A stretch of 64,000 bases of DNA from Eledone cirrhosa (GCA_964016885.1 OZ024748.1:55862001-55926000), one strand, 5' to 3'. Positions 1 through 15,739 are shown, numbered from the stretch's first letter. Notes: generated by a model from the sequence alone, not told the origin. Program-made: numbers and translations.

Positions 1-53
1 CGTAAAGGGACGTAACTACGCTGGAAAGCTACGAATACTGCCAATTCACCGCG

Positions 54-615
54 GTGATGATGAAGATAATGATGGTGTTGATGAGGCTGATGTTGATGAT
101 TGGGATAAAGATGGTGATGATGGTGATGATGATAGTGATTGGTGATGATGGTGAAGAAGGTGATGATGGTGATGATGAAGCTACTGTTGATGATTGGGAT
201 AATGATGGTGATGATGGTGATGATGATTGGACATGAAGATGACTGGGACAAGGATGATGATGATGATGAGGAAGATGATGACTGATAATGATGGTGATGA
301 TGAATGATGGTGATGATGTGATGATTTCTGTGACAGAGATGATGATGGAGAAGAAGTTGATGATGGTGATGGTAATGGAGATGGTGATGGTGGAGATGGT
401 GGAGATGGTGGAGATGATGATTGGTGATGTTGATGATGATGATGATGATGATGAGCGTAATGGAGATGATGATGATGGAGATAATGATTGGTGAAGATGG
501 CAATGATTGGTGGAGATGGTGATTCGTGATGATGATGGTGGTGATGGAGATGAAGATAATGATGGTGATGATGATTGTGAGGGTGATGTTGGTGAAAGTC
601 ATGCTGATGATGTGG
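54..615. repeat. Degenerate (GAT/GGT)n trinucleotide low-complexity tract
   Basis: Continuous gatgat/ggtgat units; the poly-D/H/M ORFs here are repeat translations. Confidence 0.9.
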
Positions 616-836
616 AAAGTGAAGGAAATACACTCACACGATACATCACCACTTACCCCTCCCCCAGCACCTTACTGACACATTCCCGAATTAATCACAC
701 AGGAAACCTCCATAGACGTTAAAACTATCTGTAATCACAGGACTCATCTCTTCCATTTCAATATACACGTAATATAACTAAAATGGTGGTAATGGGGATT
801 GCCTTTTATTATTAGGTTGGTGGTGTTGGTGATTAT

Positions 837-875
<39 letters not shown>

Positions 876-1264
876 TGTTGCTAATGATGGCAGTAGAGTG
901 GTGGCGGTGTTGAAGTAGTAGTTGTTTTTATTGTCGATGTCTTTGAAGATAGATTTGTTGGGTGTAATGGGGAAGAAGATTTTCCTGAGTGTGGTAGTGA
1001 TAGAGGTGATGAAAGATTTTTAGTAGTGGTAGTGTAGTTTTAAAATTACTTTTCTATTATTCAGGTGAATAGTTTTAATTTTATGATAAAATTCGTAAAG
1101 GTGATGTTAATGATTCACTTATAATGGCGTAGAGGAAAATGGTATTTATTCTGTAAATTGTTTTGTTGAGAAGTAGTTAGATTTCGTTATTCGTATTGCT
1201 AGTAATATTACGTTAGTGGGTTTTAATCGTGTTATGGCTTCTATTGTTGTAATTATTTGTAGAT

Positions 1265-1480
1265 CGGTGGCTTGGCAGTATCGGTAGGGAGTCAGACACC
1301 ATGCTTTGCAGCATAGAGTTATGGTCCTTTATGGTGTGAGTTCAAATTCCGCCGAGGTTAAATTTGCATTTCATCCTTACAGGATCGATAAAATAAAGTA
1401 CCAGTAACGCACTGTGGTCTATTTAATCGAGTTTCCCCCTCCCCTAAAAATGCTGGCCTTGTTTCTATATAAGAAAACAT
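1265..1480 (+). mobile_element. tRNA-derived SINE, near full length (dominant family of this window)
   Basis: A-box-like tggcagtatcggt, B-box-like gagttcaaattcc, central tttcatccttacaggatcgataaaataaagtaccag (resembles Nin-type SINE domain), tail gctggccttgt ending in (TTA)n; many copies in window. Confidence 0.85.
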
Positions 1481-1584
1481 TATTATAATTATTTGTATGG
1501 AGAATATGGCAATAATGTATTAATTTGATATTGATGTGGTTTTGAAAGTCTAGTAATATCAATGAGATAGTTTGTGAAGTAATA

Positions 1585-2050
1585 TTGGTTTCTTATATAG
1601 GCACAAGGTCAACAATTTTGGAGGAGGGACAAGTCGATTAAATCGAACACAGTGCGGGAATGATACTTTATTTTATCGACCCCCGTAAGGATGAAAGGTG
1701 AAGTTAACCTCAGATCATTAAGGCCGTAATTCTATGCTGCAAAGCGTGGCGTCCGACCCTCTACCGATTCTGCCATTCCACCGCCTTGTTTTGTGAAGTT
1801 GTAATAGTAATAGTGGCGGTAATAGTAGACGTTCTCGTGGTGATGATGGGGGTTTCTGCTGAATAATAATTGTTTCTACTTTTGGCACAAGGCCAGCAAT
1901 TACTCAGTGCATTACTGGTACTTTATTTTATCGAACCCGTAAGGATGAAAGGCAAAGTTAACCTCTGCAGGATTTGAACTCGGAATGGCAAGGACCGTAA
2001 CTCTAAGAGTCAAAGCAGGCCGTCCGACCCTCTACCGATACTGCCAATCC
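1585..2050 (-). mobile_element. Two SINE copies (about 1585-1785 and 1870-2050)
   Basis: ggcacaaggcc...tttattttatcgacccc...ggatgaaagg...ctctaccgatactgccaa, reverse complement of the SINE consensus. Confidence 0.85.
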
Positions 2051-2675
2051 TGATGTTTGTAATGACAATATTTTAGTTGTTTCAGTCAACTCTGTTTTCG
2101 TAGATGTTTGATTAAAAAAGGCTTCTATTTGAAGTGAAACCTTGTTTCCTCTCATCATGGCAAACTCAAGATTACATTATAGAACGTGTCCTGTCCTATG
2201 AGGGGAGAGAGTGATCTGAGTGCGGGTAGACTTCTATTTCTAGCGAGATGAGTTTCCAGTGTTTATATTTTGTGTTAATACAAGTGTATTGCCTTTTAAT
2301 GTATTCTATATTTTCGAATTACGTTTGATAGCAGTTATATATATGATGTTATTTAGCCTCATATCATTCCACATTGAGCGGATGTATTATCAAAGGATTC
2401 CCAGCCAACCTTTCAAATGCATCATTTTGGTTTATGTCACATTGCATCATCAACTAAAAGCTCCAAAATCCAACGTTTCAATAACATATCCTTTTCCTGA
2501 GAGACACAATTCAAAGGTTAGTTAATTTTACTCTACAATAAGACGGTTAATCAAGGGGTATATCTTAGATGAACGCATAGGGCCCCTGGCAATATCAAGT
2601 TATTTGAACTAAGAGAAATAGTATTGACTGAAATTGAACAAAGGCTCAAAATTTAGTGGGTGCTATATATATATA

Positions 2676-2741
<66 letters not shown>

Positions 2742-2796
2742 GGAAAAAATGAAACGAAATTTCATTTCTCACTCTTAGTATAAATACTTATACATA

Positions 2797-2889
<93 letters not shown>

Positions 2890-3494
2890 AGATAGAAAAT
2901 GGCAAGACTAATATGGGTAGATTGTTAGAAAGAATGTGTGGGGCTTGCTAATTTATGTTCATAGCAAATATACGGTGGATTTAGAAGGAATGGAGAGAAT
3001 GAGAAGTACAAAGCTATATGTGGAGGGAGAGAGAGGAGGGGGGGGGGTAGGAAGGAAACAGACAGACGCATAGAAGCATAGTGAGAGATCGGGAAATAAA
3101 GAAAAGGAGATATAGAGAAACTAAGCGTAGAACGTGTGAAATTAGTTAAAAGAGGTCAGAGATACACAAGGAAATTAAATGGGGGGAGGGAGTGTTGGTG
3201 GTAAGAATTTTTACAGGAATTCATAGAGAGAGTGAGAGGAAGAGGCAAAAATGTACTGAAAAAGAGAGAAACTAAACAAAGAGGTAATTAATAAAAATAA
3301 ATAAATTAATGATAATAATTATAAATAAAAATAGCGAAAGAGAAATGGTGAATGCGGTAGAAGGGAGATGGAGACTTACACGCTAACACGTCGATAAGTT
3401 GGATCATTTTACACCTCTGACATGTCTGATTGCATTTACAGCATCAAGTGATATCTAAGTGCTGCGTGCCATTATTTATTTATTTATTCTTTAG

Positions 3495-3616
<122 letters not shown>

Positions 3617-3766
3617 TGTGCGTGCGTGTGTGTGTGTGTTTATACACACGTTTTATTTTTATTTATTGTCTATTTCTACATCCTTATATCTGTTTATTTG
3701 TTAATCGATTAATTTACTCATTTACGCCTTTACTTGTTTTGACTCCCGTGTACCTGGCTCTCCTTC

Positions 3767-3847
<81 letters not shown>

Positions 3848-4021
3848 CTTGTTTTATGTTCTGTGCTGTTTGTTTATGTCTTGTAGTTTGGCAGGCTGAA
3901 AATAAAGCAAAACCTGAGATAATTCTTCAACAAATAAAGAAATATAATTTGAGATAAAATAATGAAACCAACCAAACAAGTGTGCATGCGTGCGTGCGTG
4001 TGAGTGCGTGCGTGTGTCTGT

Positions 4022-4098
<77 letters not shown>

Positions 4099-4910
4099 TA
4101 TGTGTGTGTATATGTCTATTTGTGTGTATATGTCTATTTGTGTGTGTACGGAGCAACAAGAAAGCACAACAAAATAACCTTTGCAAAAATAGATTAATTA
4201 GTAGAAATAATAGATGTGTTTTGAAATGAAGCGGAAATCTAATATTCTTATGTTAAATATTTGCATTTCAAAAGAGGAGAGAAAGAAGGAATAAAAAACA
4301 AACAAAAGTAAAAATGAAACATATAATAAATCAGTGAATGAAGAAAATAATAAGTGAATAAAAACAATAAGTAAATAGAAATCAGAGGAAGATAGAGAGA
4401 TCAAAATATAAAAGACAGACGGAGAGAAATAATGTAAGTATAGAGAATCAAAAGAAAAAGGAAGGTGAAGTAAAAAGGAAAATCAAAGAGAAGAAATACC
4501 AATAATGTGAAATATATTTTTATCGACAGCAAGAGATATGAAGGTATCAGAATGAAAATTGAAGAAGGTTAAATATTGTAAACGAAGAAAGAAAGTAGAA
4601 TTAAAAGAAAGGTAAAAGAAAACATAAAACAAAATGAGTGGAAAATAAGTCAAAATATGCAGGAATGAAAAATGGATTCTGAAAGAAAAAAGAACTAATT
4701 AGTGAATGAAAGAAATATGCATGAATATAAAAGTCATTATGGCATAATATATGAAATGAAGAAAAGAGTAATTGTTTTATGATTCGAGTAAAATGAACGA
4801 GCAAAAAATAAAAAAAAGGAAAGAATGTGTGAACGCACGAAAATACGAACAAAAATAAAAAGACAAAACACCAGCTAACAATTACTGAACGAACAAATAA
4901 TTAAAACATA

Positions 4911-4980
<70 letters not shown>

Positions 4981-7324
4981 AAATTAAATTATTATGATTA
5001 ATGAAGGTATAAATGTAAAATAATCAAATATATCTAAAAGTATCAAAAACAAAAAAATACAATATAAAATTTCAAAATGAAAAGATAAACACGACAAAAC
5101 AAAACTAAAAAGCTAGCAAGGAAAACAGATATACCAAAACAAACATGAATCAACTATAAAATGAAGTAAAACAAAATGGCTGCCTCGATCAATTGTCATT
5201 AAAACTTCCAGCGTAATGGCTCTAATTTAACGTTTGTATTTTTAACTTTATGCCTACATGTGTCTGTTTACTTCCGGCGATAATATGAGACCGACAAGTT
5301 AATAAGAACTCTCAACTGATCTAGCTTGCTATTTATATACTCTGTTTCTCTCCATTCAACGAGTGTGCTTATGTCTGCGTGTTTATGTATTAGTATATAT
5401 GTGTGTATATGTGTGCATATATGTACGCAAGTGTAATTATGTCTATGCGGAAGTTTACTATATTTGCGTATTTGTAGATGTTGGTATTTATGAGACATAG
5501 TAATAAGATACAGACAGAAATTATTCATGGTACTAATGTGAGCTTTGATGATTTCCTTTTTCTATTTATTTATAAACATGCAGAAATTAATCGTTACAGA
5601 AATACTTTTACACATGCACAAACTTCTACATACTTAAGAAACGCACATACAAACCCAGTTATGAGTAATAAGAATTTGAAGACTTAATGAGTCTATTGTT
5701 TCCTTGTTTGCCTCTGCAACAGTTTTCGCTTACTATTACTGCTGATGATATTTTTGTTATTTTTGCGCTTTCTCACTACCATTCTCCAGCTACAGCAGAA
5801 GAAATAGAATCATATAAAATCATTAATTATCATTATGTAATGTGTGAGCCTCATAAATCTTTGTTAACACATACACACACACACAGATACACACACCCAT
5901 CCACACACACATACATACGCACATACACACGCACACACACACACACACACACACACTTAACTAACATTCACTAGCAACATCAGAAGAAATAGAATCATTA
6001 CTTATCATTAATGTATACTTCATAAATGTTTGTTCATATATATATATTTACATACACACATTTTACTAAATCTAGTATAATTGACGAATGTAATCCAGTT
6101 ACGATTTTAGAACCGAGAAACTATATCTGTCTTAGTTATGACTGTGCATCGATTGACAGCACCTAACCTGGTGTTCTTATATAAATTCTGTTTGGGTATT
6201 TTGAAAATTGAATACGTTGGAGAGAATTTTTACTGAGCTAATGTACGTATGTATCTAATGTAATTGTGTGTTATTCTTTGTCAATTGTTACTGACATTGA
6301 ATAGGAACATTTAATAAAATAAGATATAATGAAATGAAAATAGTCATATATAAAAAGCATTTGGTCAGTTAAATAAAAAGTATTCTCATATGAATTGCAT
6401 TATATTTAACATTGTAACTATATAATTGCGATGTATAAAAAATTCTAAGGAAAACACAATGTTTAAATGGAAGACGAAGATGCTTGGGTATTAAATGTTA
6501 TTTTTTTATATTTTTCAATTGAGTTAATAATATATTTATTAATGGTTTTTATATTTCTTGTGGCAAAGTTCAGGTCAGTGAAATATGGGACAACAAATAT
6601 AGCGTACAAAATATATTTATTCTACACAATTGATGTCGAATGTAAACTGAATCATAGAAATTAATGAGGATTTCATTGAAAAAACTTCGTGGGGTTATGC
6701 GTTGAGTTAGATATTATATAAGGACGTTCAGTTGTGTGTTGAATAAGGAAAAACACGAATTCATATTAAATGTTGTAAAAGAAAGAGAAAAATGCGATGT
6801 AAATCTATTAAAGCGAATTCTACTTTTATTCTATTGCAATATTTCGAGGTATAATGAAAAATATGAGATAGACACCGTAGATTTTACGATTTAAGTTAAG
6901 ATGAAAGTTGACATCATAACTTGTTATATATTTTTGTGTGTATAACTTATTAATTTTACAATATATTTGTGGGGATATTTGCCTGGAAAAGATATATTAA
7001 ATCAACAATAATAAAATATATTTTGTGTAATGTTTCATTGAATGAAATTCTTTTATTATAATATTACTTGGATCACAGTAATATTATAGAGGACGAATCA
7101 AATCATAACACCGTGGGTTATGAAGATAGATCGTATATCCCTGTTGATATTGCTATTCAAATGAAAATAGACGAAACCTTGAGCGTAGTGTTCCTGTTAA
7201 TGTGGTTAGCATAGGTTAAACAAAAGTCCTATTAGAAAGAGAACACACCCAAACTATTTTCCAATACACTGTAGTGGCTAGGCTGGATATCATTACTATT
7301 ATTGTAGGGTGTAAATATATTTTA

Positions 7325-7475
7325 AGGCGGTGAAAAGGCAAAGTCGTTAGAACGTCGGATACAATGCTTTCTGTTATTCGTCCCGGAACTCTGCTCTCTG
7401 AGTTCAAATCCCGCCGAGGTCAACTATGATTTTCGTCCTTTTGAGGTCGATAAAAAAGTATCAATCTAGTACTGG
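7325..7475 (+). mobile_element. Older diverged SINE copy
   Basis: ctgagttcaaatcccgccgaggtcaac...ggtcgataaaa. Confidence 0.7.
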
Positions 7476-7699
7476 AAAAAAGATCTAGTTCCTCTATATC
7501 TCTTGTACATTTCCTCTCCCTCACTTTCTATCTTTCTCTGGATGAAATCTGCTGAACTCAAACCTGGAAAAGGATCGGCTACGCCAGGCATAACATGCCT
7601 AAGATACGGCGCCACTACAACTCTCTTAAGTTTATAATTTCCAATATCATTTCTGTTTTAATATTCCAGAGATTTATAGTGAGACGGGGAATAAGAGAT

Positions 7700-8220
7700 G
7701 CAGCAATATTCTTTAACATGGGCATCCGTCAGGTTACGACGATGAGTGATATTGTTTGACCAATGGAATAACCTGCTCTTGAAATCAAGGTTTAAGTGGT
7801 TAAGGCGCCCAGAGACACATGTAAACAATGTGTGTTACAAGGCTGACTGCTTCATTTACAGAAACAGTACAGTCCAACCTACTTCTAAACATTTTCACCT
7901 CTGCTATTGTACTCAGTATAACTGTGTCGACAAGAGAATACTGTATATACGAAGGTCAGCTAAAAGGTCCATAGGCTTACCAGGATACTCTCATGGAATG
8001 ACCAAATGAGATATATATTTTCACCATAGCCTCTGAAAAGAAACAATGCTGTTATTAATACATGCTAGATTTAACAGCCATGGCATCTCTATTTCATAAC
8101 CATCCTATGAACGTTTCAGTCGAGCCTCGTAATTCTTTCCAGAGATGCAAGCAGAGAGTTCGATCTCGGTAAATTATGATTGCAAATCGATTCTAAATAT
8201 TCAACAAAGCTGTATTTACT
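7700..8220 (-). pseudogene. Heavily decayed LINE (RTE-like) reverse transcriptase remnant
   Basis: Minus-strand motif traces resembling NYR.I.L and IL.AYG in the expected order; many stops and frameshifts. Confidence 0.3.
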
Positions 8221-8769
8221 AATATTGCTTTTCTACAGGTAGCTTCAGGTGTTCGAATTTATAATTATATATTTTAGTAGCATAGTAAAATAGGTGATAA
8301 ATAAAAGTAGCACACTTTTATGTAACTTATCAAATGTAAGGTTTCCATCTATAGAGTAACTTTAAATAAGATTTCATAGAAAAATAAAATATATTTAGAT
8401 GATACCATTCTGTGGAAAGTGCCTGGTTATAATATGAAATATCTAGGTATTAGAATAGACTTTTTTTTCGTAATGACGAAAATCTTTACATATTCAATAT
8501 TGACAGGAGAAAGTATATTTAAAGAGGTGTCTAAAACGGTATTCGACGAAAAGCAATTTTCATCGATCTCTGCATCACCCAATAGAAATATTTCCATATT
8601 TTTTGTAATGATTATCAAATATATATGCATTAAACAACATATATTTTGTTCAATCTACCTGCTTCACTGCACTCTTATTTCAATACAGCAGTCAATTATG
8701 CAAACTTTAAGCTACCGCGTCACTACTCAAATATCTATTCAATCGAACTCCATTAGTCAATGATCATTC

Positions 8770-8905
8770 AGGTTGTTCGATCTACAGAACGGTCGGCTTT
8801 TCGTGGAAATGTTTGAGTAAGACAGAAACCCATAATTATCAGGGAGATTCAGCGTGTGACACTGTCTGATAAGGCTGGTTCTTTGAAATTACAGATTAAT
8901 TCCAA
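8770..8905 (-). mobile_element. Fragment of a second SINE family
   Basis: gggagattcagcgtgtgacac...aaggctggttctttgaa resembles a recalled octopus SINE body; not confirmed by search. Confidence 0.45.
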
Positions 8906-9469
8906 CGAGCGAGCTTCCAGATTGTTAGCCTCTAATGAATTTCAATGGCAAGACATAGGTGAATCCTAGGTCAAATATTTCACGCAGAAGAATCGAACCA
9001 TGAAGTAATAATACGAAGCGAAATCCGTAAATATTCTGCCATGTTGCCTCCATTCATTCTTAGCACATACACAAAACACATGCAAGGATATATCCATTGA
9101 GTGTGATTGTGTGTGTGTGCATAGGCATGTGTGTGTACGCATATATTGATAGGCCATAGAAAACCACACTCGATATAATTGCAAAATTCTTAATTATGAC
9201 ATGACCCTGTAAATAGGAAAATATAAATAACTATGTTATTATAAGTATGTTTTTAGCTACAACCAGCAGGGTTATGTTAGTGAAAATTTTACCAAGGTTC
9301 CATACTGATAAACATACACATATATAAATGAATCTTTTTGAACTGCTTAAATAACAAATATTATGTTGATTTAAACATTAAAAAACAGCTGAGAAAATAC
9401 TTTCAATTCCTGTAATTAATGTACTGCAGTCATAAAAATAAATACATAAACAGTTAGTTACATTTTTAC

Positions 9470-9790
9470 ACACACACATACTCACACTCGCACGTACATA
9501 CGCAGTTACACACTCCCACACTCAAACACACACGCATATATATATACATGTATATATATATATACATATACATGTATATATATATACATATACATGTATA
9601 TATATATATACATAAATGTATATATATATATATATATACACATGTATATATATATATATTTATATATACATGAATGTATATATATATACATGTATATATA
9701 TATACATGAATGTATATATATATACATATACATGAATATATATATATATACATATACATATATATACATGTATATATATACATATACATG

Positions 9791-9823
<33 letters not shown>

Positions 9824-9840
9824 ATATATACACATACATC

Positions 9841-9894
<54 letters not shown>

Positions 9895-9958
9895 CATGTA
9901 TATATATACATATATAAATATATATATATATGTATATATATATACATGTGTGTATATA

Positions 9959-9998
<40 letters not shown>

Positions 9999-10010
9999 TG
10001 TGTGTATATA

Positions 10011-10041
<31 letters not shown>

Positions 10042-10048
10042 TCATGCG

Positions 10049-10079
<31 letters not shown>

Positions 10080-10100
10080 TCATGTGTATATATATATATG

Positions 10101-10143
<43 letters not shown>

Positions 10144-10177
10144 GTATATATATATATATGCATGTATATATACATTA

Positions 10178-10220
<43 letters not shown>
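9470..10220. repeat. (TA)n microsatellite array punctuated by CATG
   Basis: tatatacatgtatata units. Confidence 0.95.
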
Positions 10221-10223
<3 letters not shown>

Positions 10224-10314
10224 GCATATTATATATAAATGATATGATTTTATATATACATAGGAAAATGAGATAGGTAGCTATGGAAAGATAGATACAT
10301 AAATATATAAATAC

Positions 10315-10490
10315 TTGTTTCTACTTTAGGCACAAGGCCAGCATCACCCAGTACATTACTGGTACTTTATTTTATCGACCCCATAAGGATGAAAGGCAAA
10401 GTTAACCTCGGCGGGATTTGAACTCAGACTGTAAAGGGACGTAACTATGCTAGAAAGCATGGCGTCCAACCCTCTACCGATACTGCCAAA
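10315..10490 (-). mobile_element. SINE copy
   Basis: Matches window SINE consensus over the full length. Confidence 0.9.
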
Positions 10491-10622
10491 TACTGTTTAG
10501 AAATTAGTATGTAAATGTGTTGTTGATTAGTGTCTAAGCAGCATCATATTCATTTGCAATATATATATATATATTTCCCTCTCTATATTTACAAACGCCA
10601 ACCTCGGTCACATAATCTTATG

Positions 10623-10701
<79 letters not shown>

Positions 10702-11094
10702 TCCTTTTCAAAGTCTCTTAAAGCTAGAAGGCAAACAGAAATCTGTTTCCCACAGGAGCGAAAGCTAGTTAATTTGACTACACACGCTGAGCTCAGATTT
10801 TCATTTACACTAAACAGACAGCAGACATTTATTTTTTCTCAAATATATTCTCGGCTATTTATTTCTTTTAATTCTGCAATAGCTAGATGTAATTATTTCA
10901 GAATTAAAATTATTTCCTATAAGTAATCTCTTTGTAATATTAAAACGTATTCCTCCATACACAATATTCAAGAAATCATATAATATGAGGGGCGGCTGAA
11001 AATTTCATAGGCTGAGTAGAAATCCTGCATTCATTATTTGCATCTATTCTTATTAATAATTACATTATTTCTTTCCGGTCAGCCAATGCCCTAT

Positions 11095-11622
11095 GTGGAT
11101 TGGCAGAATCGGTAGAGCGTGTAGAAACCATGCTTTGCAGCATAGAGTTTACATTCTCAGTTCAAATTCCGCAGATGTTAACTTTGCCTTTCATCCTTAC
11201 GGGTTCGATAAAATAAAGTACCAGTAATGCACTGGGTAATTGCTGGCCTTGTCCCAAAAGGAGAAACAATTATTAAAAGAAGTTCCACCACACACAGTAA
11301 TCAATTAATAATTATTTCTATAATTGGCACAAGGCCAGCAATCATCCCAATGCATTACTGGTACTTTATTTTATCGACCCCGTAAGAATGAAAGGAAGAG
11401 TTAACATTGGTGGGGTTTGAACTCTGAATGTAAAGGCATAAGGCCAACAATTTTTGGGGAAAGGGCAATTCGATTAAATCAACCACATTCCATTTCTGGT
11501 ACTTTATTTCATCGACCCTGAAAGAATAAAAGGCGGGATTTGAACTCAAACCGTAAAGGACCGTAACACTATGTTGCAACTCATTGCATCCGAACCTCTA
11601 CAAATACTGCCAATACACCGCC
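11095..11622. mobile_element. SINE cluster: + copy 11095-11275, - partial 11310-11430, - copy 11435-11622
   Basis: Consensus blocks in both orientations; flanked by repeated mariner-TIR-like taatatgaggggcggctgaaa at about 10981 and 11691. Confidence 0.8.
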
Positions 11623-11907
11623 AAATCAATTAATAATAAAATACATCAGTCAAGTAGTGTAATTAACACACAGACACAAACATAATCATATAATATGAGG
11701 GGCGGCTGAAATTATAAGTGTAAATATAAATAGTGTGTGGTGTGTTAATCTGCGAATATATTTCTGTGGCATGTTACTTCTTATGGCGATATCGTTATAT
11801 TATAATAGTTGTATCGCCTAATAATGGTTCGTGATGTACATCCGCTAATTTTAATGACATTCTTTTGCTTCCAGATTATTATATCCCTTTTTATAATATT
11901 TATAATG

Positions 11908-11954
<47 letters not shown>

Positions 11955-12109
11955 CACATGATTATGTATATTTAGTTCCACGGTTATTAATATATACGTT
12001 TAATATTTGTATTAGAAAGAATCACAAAAGCACACACACAAACAAAACTCACACACACAGAGAGACAGACATATATAGATAGGGATATATTACCCCCCCC
12101 CTCTCTCTC

Positions 12110-12143
<34 letters not shown>

Positions 12144-12145
12144 TA

Positions 12146-12192
12146 GGAAAAGAGTCAGGACCCCAACGGCTGAGCTTCGGCCTGTTCGACAG
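12146..12192. mobile_element. Fragment (left arm) of TA-flanked palindromic family A
   Basis: ggaaaagagtcaggaccccaacggctgagc matches the start of the 54339 copy. Confidence 0.7.
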
Positions 12193-12475
12193 TATATATA
12201 TATATATATATTTATATATAAACTTGTAAATGTTCATGAAATGTGTATTTAACTAGTTGTTATCAAGATTATCTTGATTTTATTTCCTAAATTCTCATTC
12301 CCAAACCTTTCTTTCGTATTTCTCAATCGTTAGATTTCTATTTAATTCACGTATGTTTTTTGAAAAATAGGATCAGTCCCACGAAAAAGTTTTCAAAGAG
12401 AACACCACACATTCCTGTATACAAACAGACCTAGAGATACACACACACGCACACATGCAAGCTTACATTTTCATT

Positions 12476-12572
<97 letters not shown>

Positions 12573-12844
12573 ACAGCCATACACATTACACATATTTCTG
12601 TGTGTGTGCGTCTATTTTATTATAAAATGTATAAATGTGAGTATGTAAGTATTAAAGTATATCTGAAATACGAAAGAAATCGATGTTTGTTAGGTTGCGG
12701 ATGTAAGAAAAGACGAAATTAATGGAGAACATATCGACAGGAATTAGTCGTCACTTAGTCAAATTTGGAAATGAAATACTTGGAATAAAAGTTTTACCTT
12801 ATGTATTTTATTCCTGCTTCTTTTTTGTTTTTATTTTAGATGTT

Positions 12845-12917
<73 letters not shown>

Positions 12918-13109
12918 ACATATATATGGGGGAGGAGGTTGTGTGTGTGTGTATAAATGTGTGTGTTTCTGTGTGCGTCTATCTATGTATATATTTGTAG
13001 AAGTATATTGGAATTGTATTTGCAGTTAGACAGCAAACGCTAAAAAAAATTATTCGATAATAGTAAAATTTGGCTGTGAAACCTTCTGTGGCGCTTTTCT
13101 TCATGTATA

Positions 13110-13165
<56 letters not shown>

Positions 13166-13224
13166 ATTTTCCTCATAAATTTGATATTTCAAGAGGACTT
13201 TTCTGTAAATACAACTAACGTTAA

Positions 13225-13340
13225 TATAATTGTTTCTACTTTTGGCACAAGGCCTGCTAATTATCTAGTGTATTACTGGTATTTTATTTTATTGACCCCG
13301 TAAGGATGAAAGGCAAGGTTAACCTCGGCGGGATTTGTTA
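13225..13340 (-). mobile_element. Partial SINE
   Basis: ggcacaaggcc...ggatgaaaggcaaggttaacctcggcgggattt. Confidence 0.8.
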
Positions 13341-13399
13341 ATATAATGAGAGGACGAATTGAAACCAGCTGTTGGTTATTCTTCCATAATCCGAAAACT

Positions 13400-13800
13400 C
13401 TCAACGATTACCGTTATATTATATTTCCGCCATTTGTTTCTATTTTATCGAAAGTTACATATCTTTGAGATTCTCTGTTCAGAAGAATATAGATGTAGCA
13501 AATCTATGGGAAAAAATGTTTCTGGACTCTCGTTACCATCCAATCCTTCACAAGCAGCAACAAATACCCCAATGTTTGTACTTCTGAGAATCACGTGTCA
13601 GATGAAAGATTTCCACTGCAACAGCTACAATACATTTAAAATTAGCAGTGTCGTACTCCATATCTGTAATATGAACAGGTACTTAGCCGACATCGAACAA
13701 TGTGTACCGAGTCGAAATTTCTTCCGTCAATACATTTTCCCACATTTCAGTTTACAAGATACGGAGAAATGTTCCCTAAATGACCACAAATAATAAACAA
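13400..13800 (-). pseudogene. Possible decayed piggyBac-like transposase remnant
   Basis: Minus-strand traces (ENV..EE, RYGV) reminiscent of the piggyBac IDE...KP.RYG.K block; highly degenerate. Confidence 0.25.
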
Positions 13801-14739
13801 AAAGCCTGACAAACCTTCACAATATTCTGGACTAAGTAATGTTTCGAAAATAAATAAATAAAATTCATCCTCAGTTGTTCTGTCTTAGTGTATATTTTGC
13901 TATCTCTCAAAATGGAGCATTATACACTTAAGCTACTAATCTGCAGAAATTCTTCCGTGTGAGCTGGTGCGGATGTCCTTCGTAATGCATGTTTTTCGAC
14001 CACTTGTCTCATTATTATAGCTTCCATACTTTGTTGATCAAAGACCTAGATCAGACGCCAGCCCACTGAGTTGGTGTAAAGCATTCCGATTTGGCAGTTG
14101 TAAAACGCAGTTAGATGTACTTTAATTCTTGCATAGACGTAATGCTGGAGCAGGGTAACGATTTTTTGGGGAAGGAAACTGAACCTTAACGAAGTACAAT
14201 GAACGTTTTCTCCTGAACATTTAACACGTTTGTGCCACTAAAAGGCACGACTAGTTTATAGTCCCAAGAGAAATGTCATCGTCTAGTTATTCCTGAGATA
14301 AAGAACCCTCCTTTATGCAATCGATCTGTGAAACTGAACTATAAAATCGTATAAAATATCAGCCGCTGCTGCTTCAGCGGTGAATACCCCAAGCTATATC
14401 ATCCATCATAGACATTGTTCTAACAACTTTATTGTGCCCGGGAAGCAGTCAGTTTCTCTCAATATGCTAGATGAGGTTTCAAGGATTGTGTACAGACATT
14501 TTGTTCAGGCCCATAACCGACGAAATATTTTCAAAGTACAAATAGAAGAGTAATGTGAGAGTGTGGAAGGAATCTGCTGCTTTCATATATATGTGCTTAA
14601 CAGTAAGAAAGCAATTAATAAACAGCATACCTTGGAGAGGACGTTTGCTCGAATTGGATATTACAAAAATTCTCACTCTCATGATACTTGGAGCAATAAC
14701 ACAGAAACTATATTATTGTTATTATTATTATTATTATTA

Positions 14740-14925
14740 TTGGCAGTATCGGTAGAACATCAGACAACCTGCTTTGTAGTATGGAGTTGTAGCTGTTTAC
14801 GTTCTAAGTTCAAATCCCGCCTAGGTTTACTTTGCCTTTCATTCTTACGGGATCGATAAAATAAAACACCAATAATACACTGGAGTAATTGCTAATCTTG
14901 TGCCAAAAGTAGAAATATTATTATT
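14740..14925 (+). mobile_element. SINE copy following (TTA)n
   Basis: tggcagtatcggtag...gttcaaatcccgcc...gatcgataaaataaa. Confidence 0.8.
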
Positions 14926-15600
14926 ATGATGATTTACTAGTAGTAGTAGTTGTAGCAGTGGTAGAGATAGTAGTAGTCGTAGTAATAGATGAAATCTGTT
15001 TTCTATAAAATAATATCTTATGCGGTCAAATAATGTATTTTTTCTAGGTGAGATATAGTTCATTGTGTGAGTGTTTCGCTAAGTAATGATAGGAAATATG
15101 GCGTCCTTGACTCTTCCATTATCTTTCTTGTTTACTTTAATCACAAAGGGAAATAAAAACATATAAAAAAAAAATAAAGAAAATGTCTTGCCTTTCTACT
15201 TTGAAAGATTAACCTTGTGTCCTATATTTTAGAGTAAATTCAAACCATGAAGGTTGGGGTGTTTATAAACCATATCATTCCTCTATTTCTACCATCAACA
15301 CGTGGCACAGATTGAACAAAAGTGCATCTTACAATCGATAATTGGAACCACAATTGACAAAAAGGATAATAAAGTGAAGAAAAGAATACGGGAAAATGGG
15401 AGATAGTTTTCTTGAATTGAGGAAACAAAATATAAGGTGAAAGGAACTTAGAATGAAGGAAAGAAAGAAAAATATCAGGAAAGATGTACTAGGTTCTTTT
15501 TTAATTTTATTTTGGAATAATGGGAGGGTGATAGGAATATGTGTGTGTGTGTGTGTATACATACATAGATGTATGTGAGTTAGTGTAATGAATATATATA

Positions 15601-15631
<31 letters not shown>

Positions 15632-15689
15632 ATATGTGCATGCTTCACACACACGCACATATACACGTAGATACACACACACATACATA

Positions 15690-15739
<50 letters not shown>

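Noticed and set aside
54-722. Poly-Asp/His/Met ORFs
   Set aside because: Translations of a degenerate (GAT)n tract; no domain or splice evidence.
1265-1350. tRNA gene
   Set aside because: A/B boxes belong to the SINE head; no cloverleaf.
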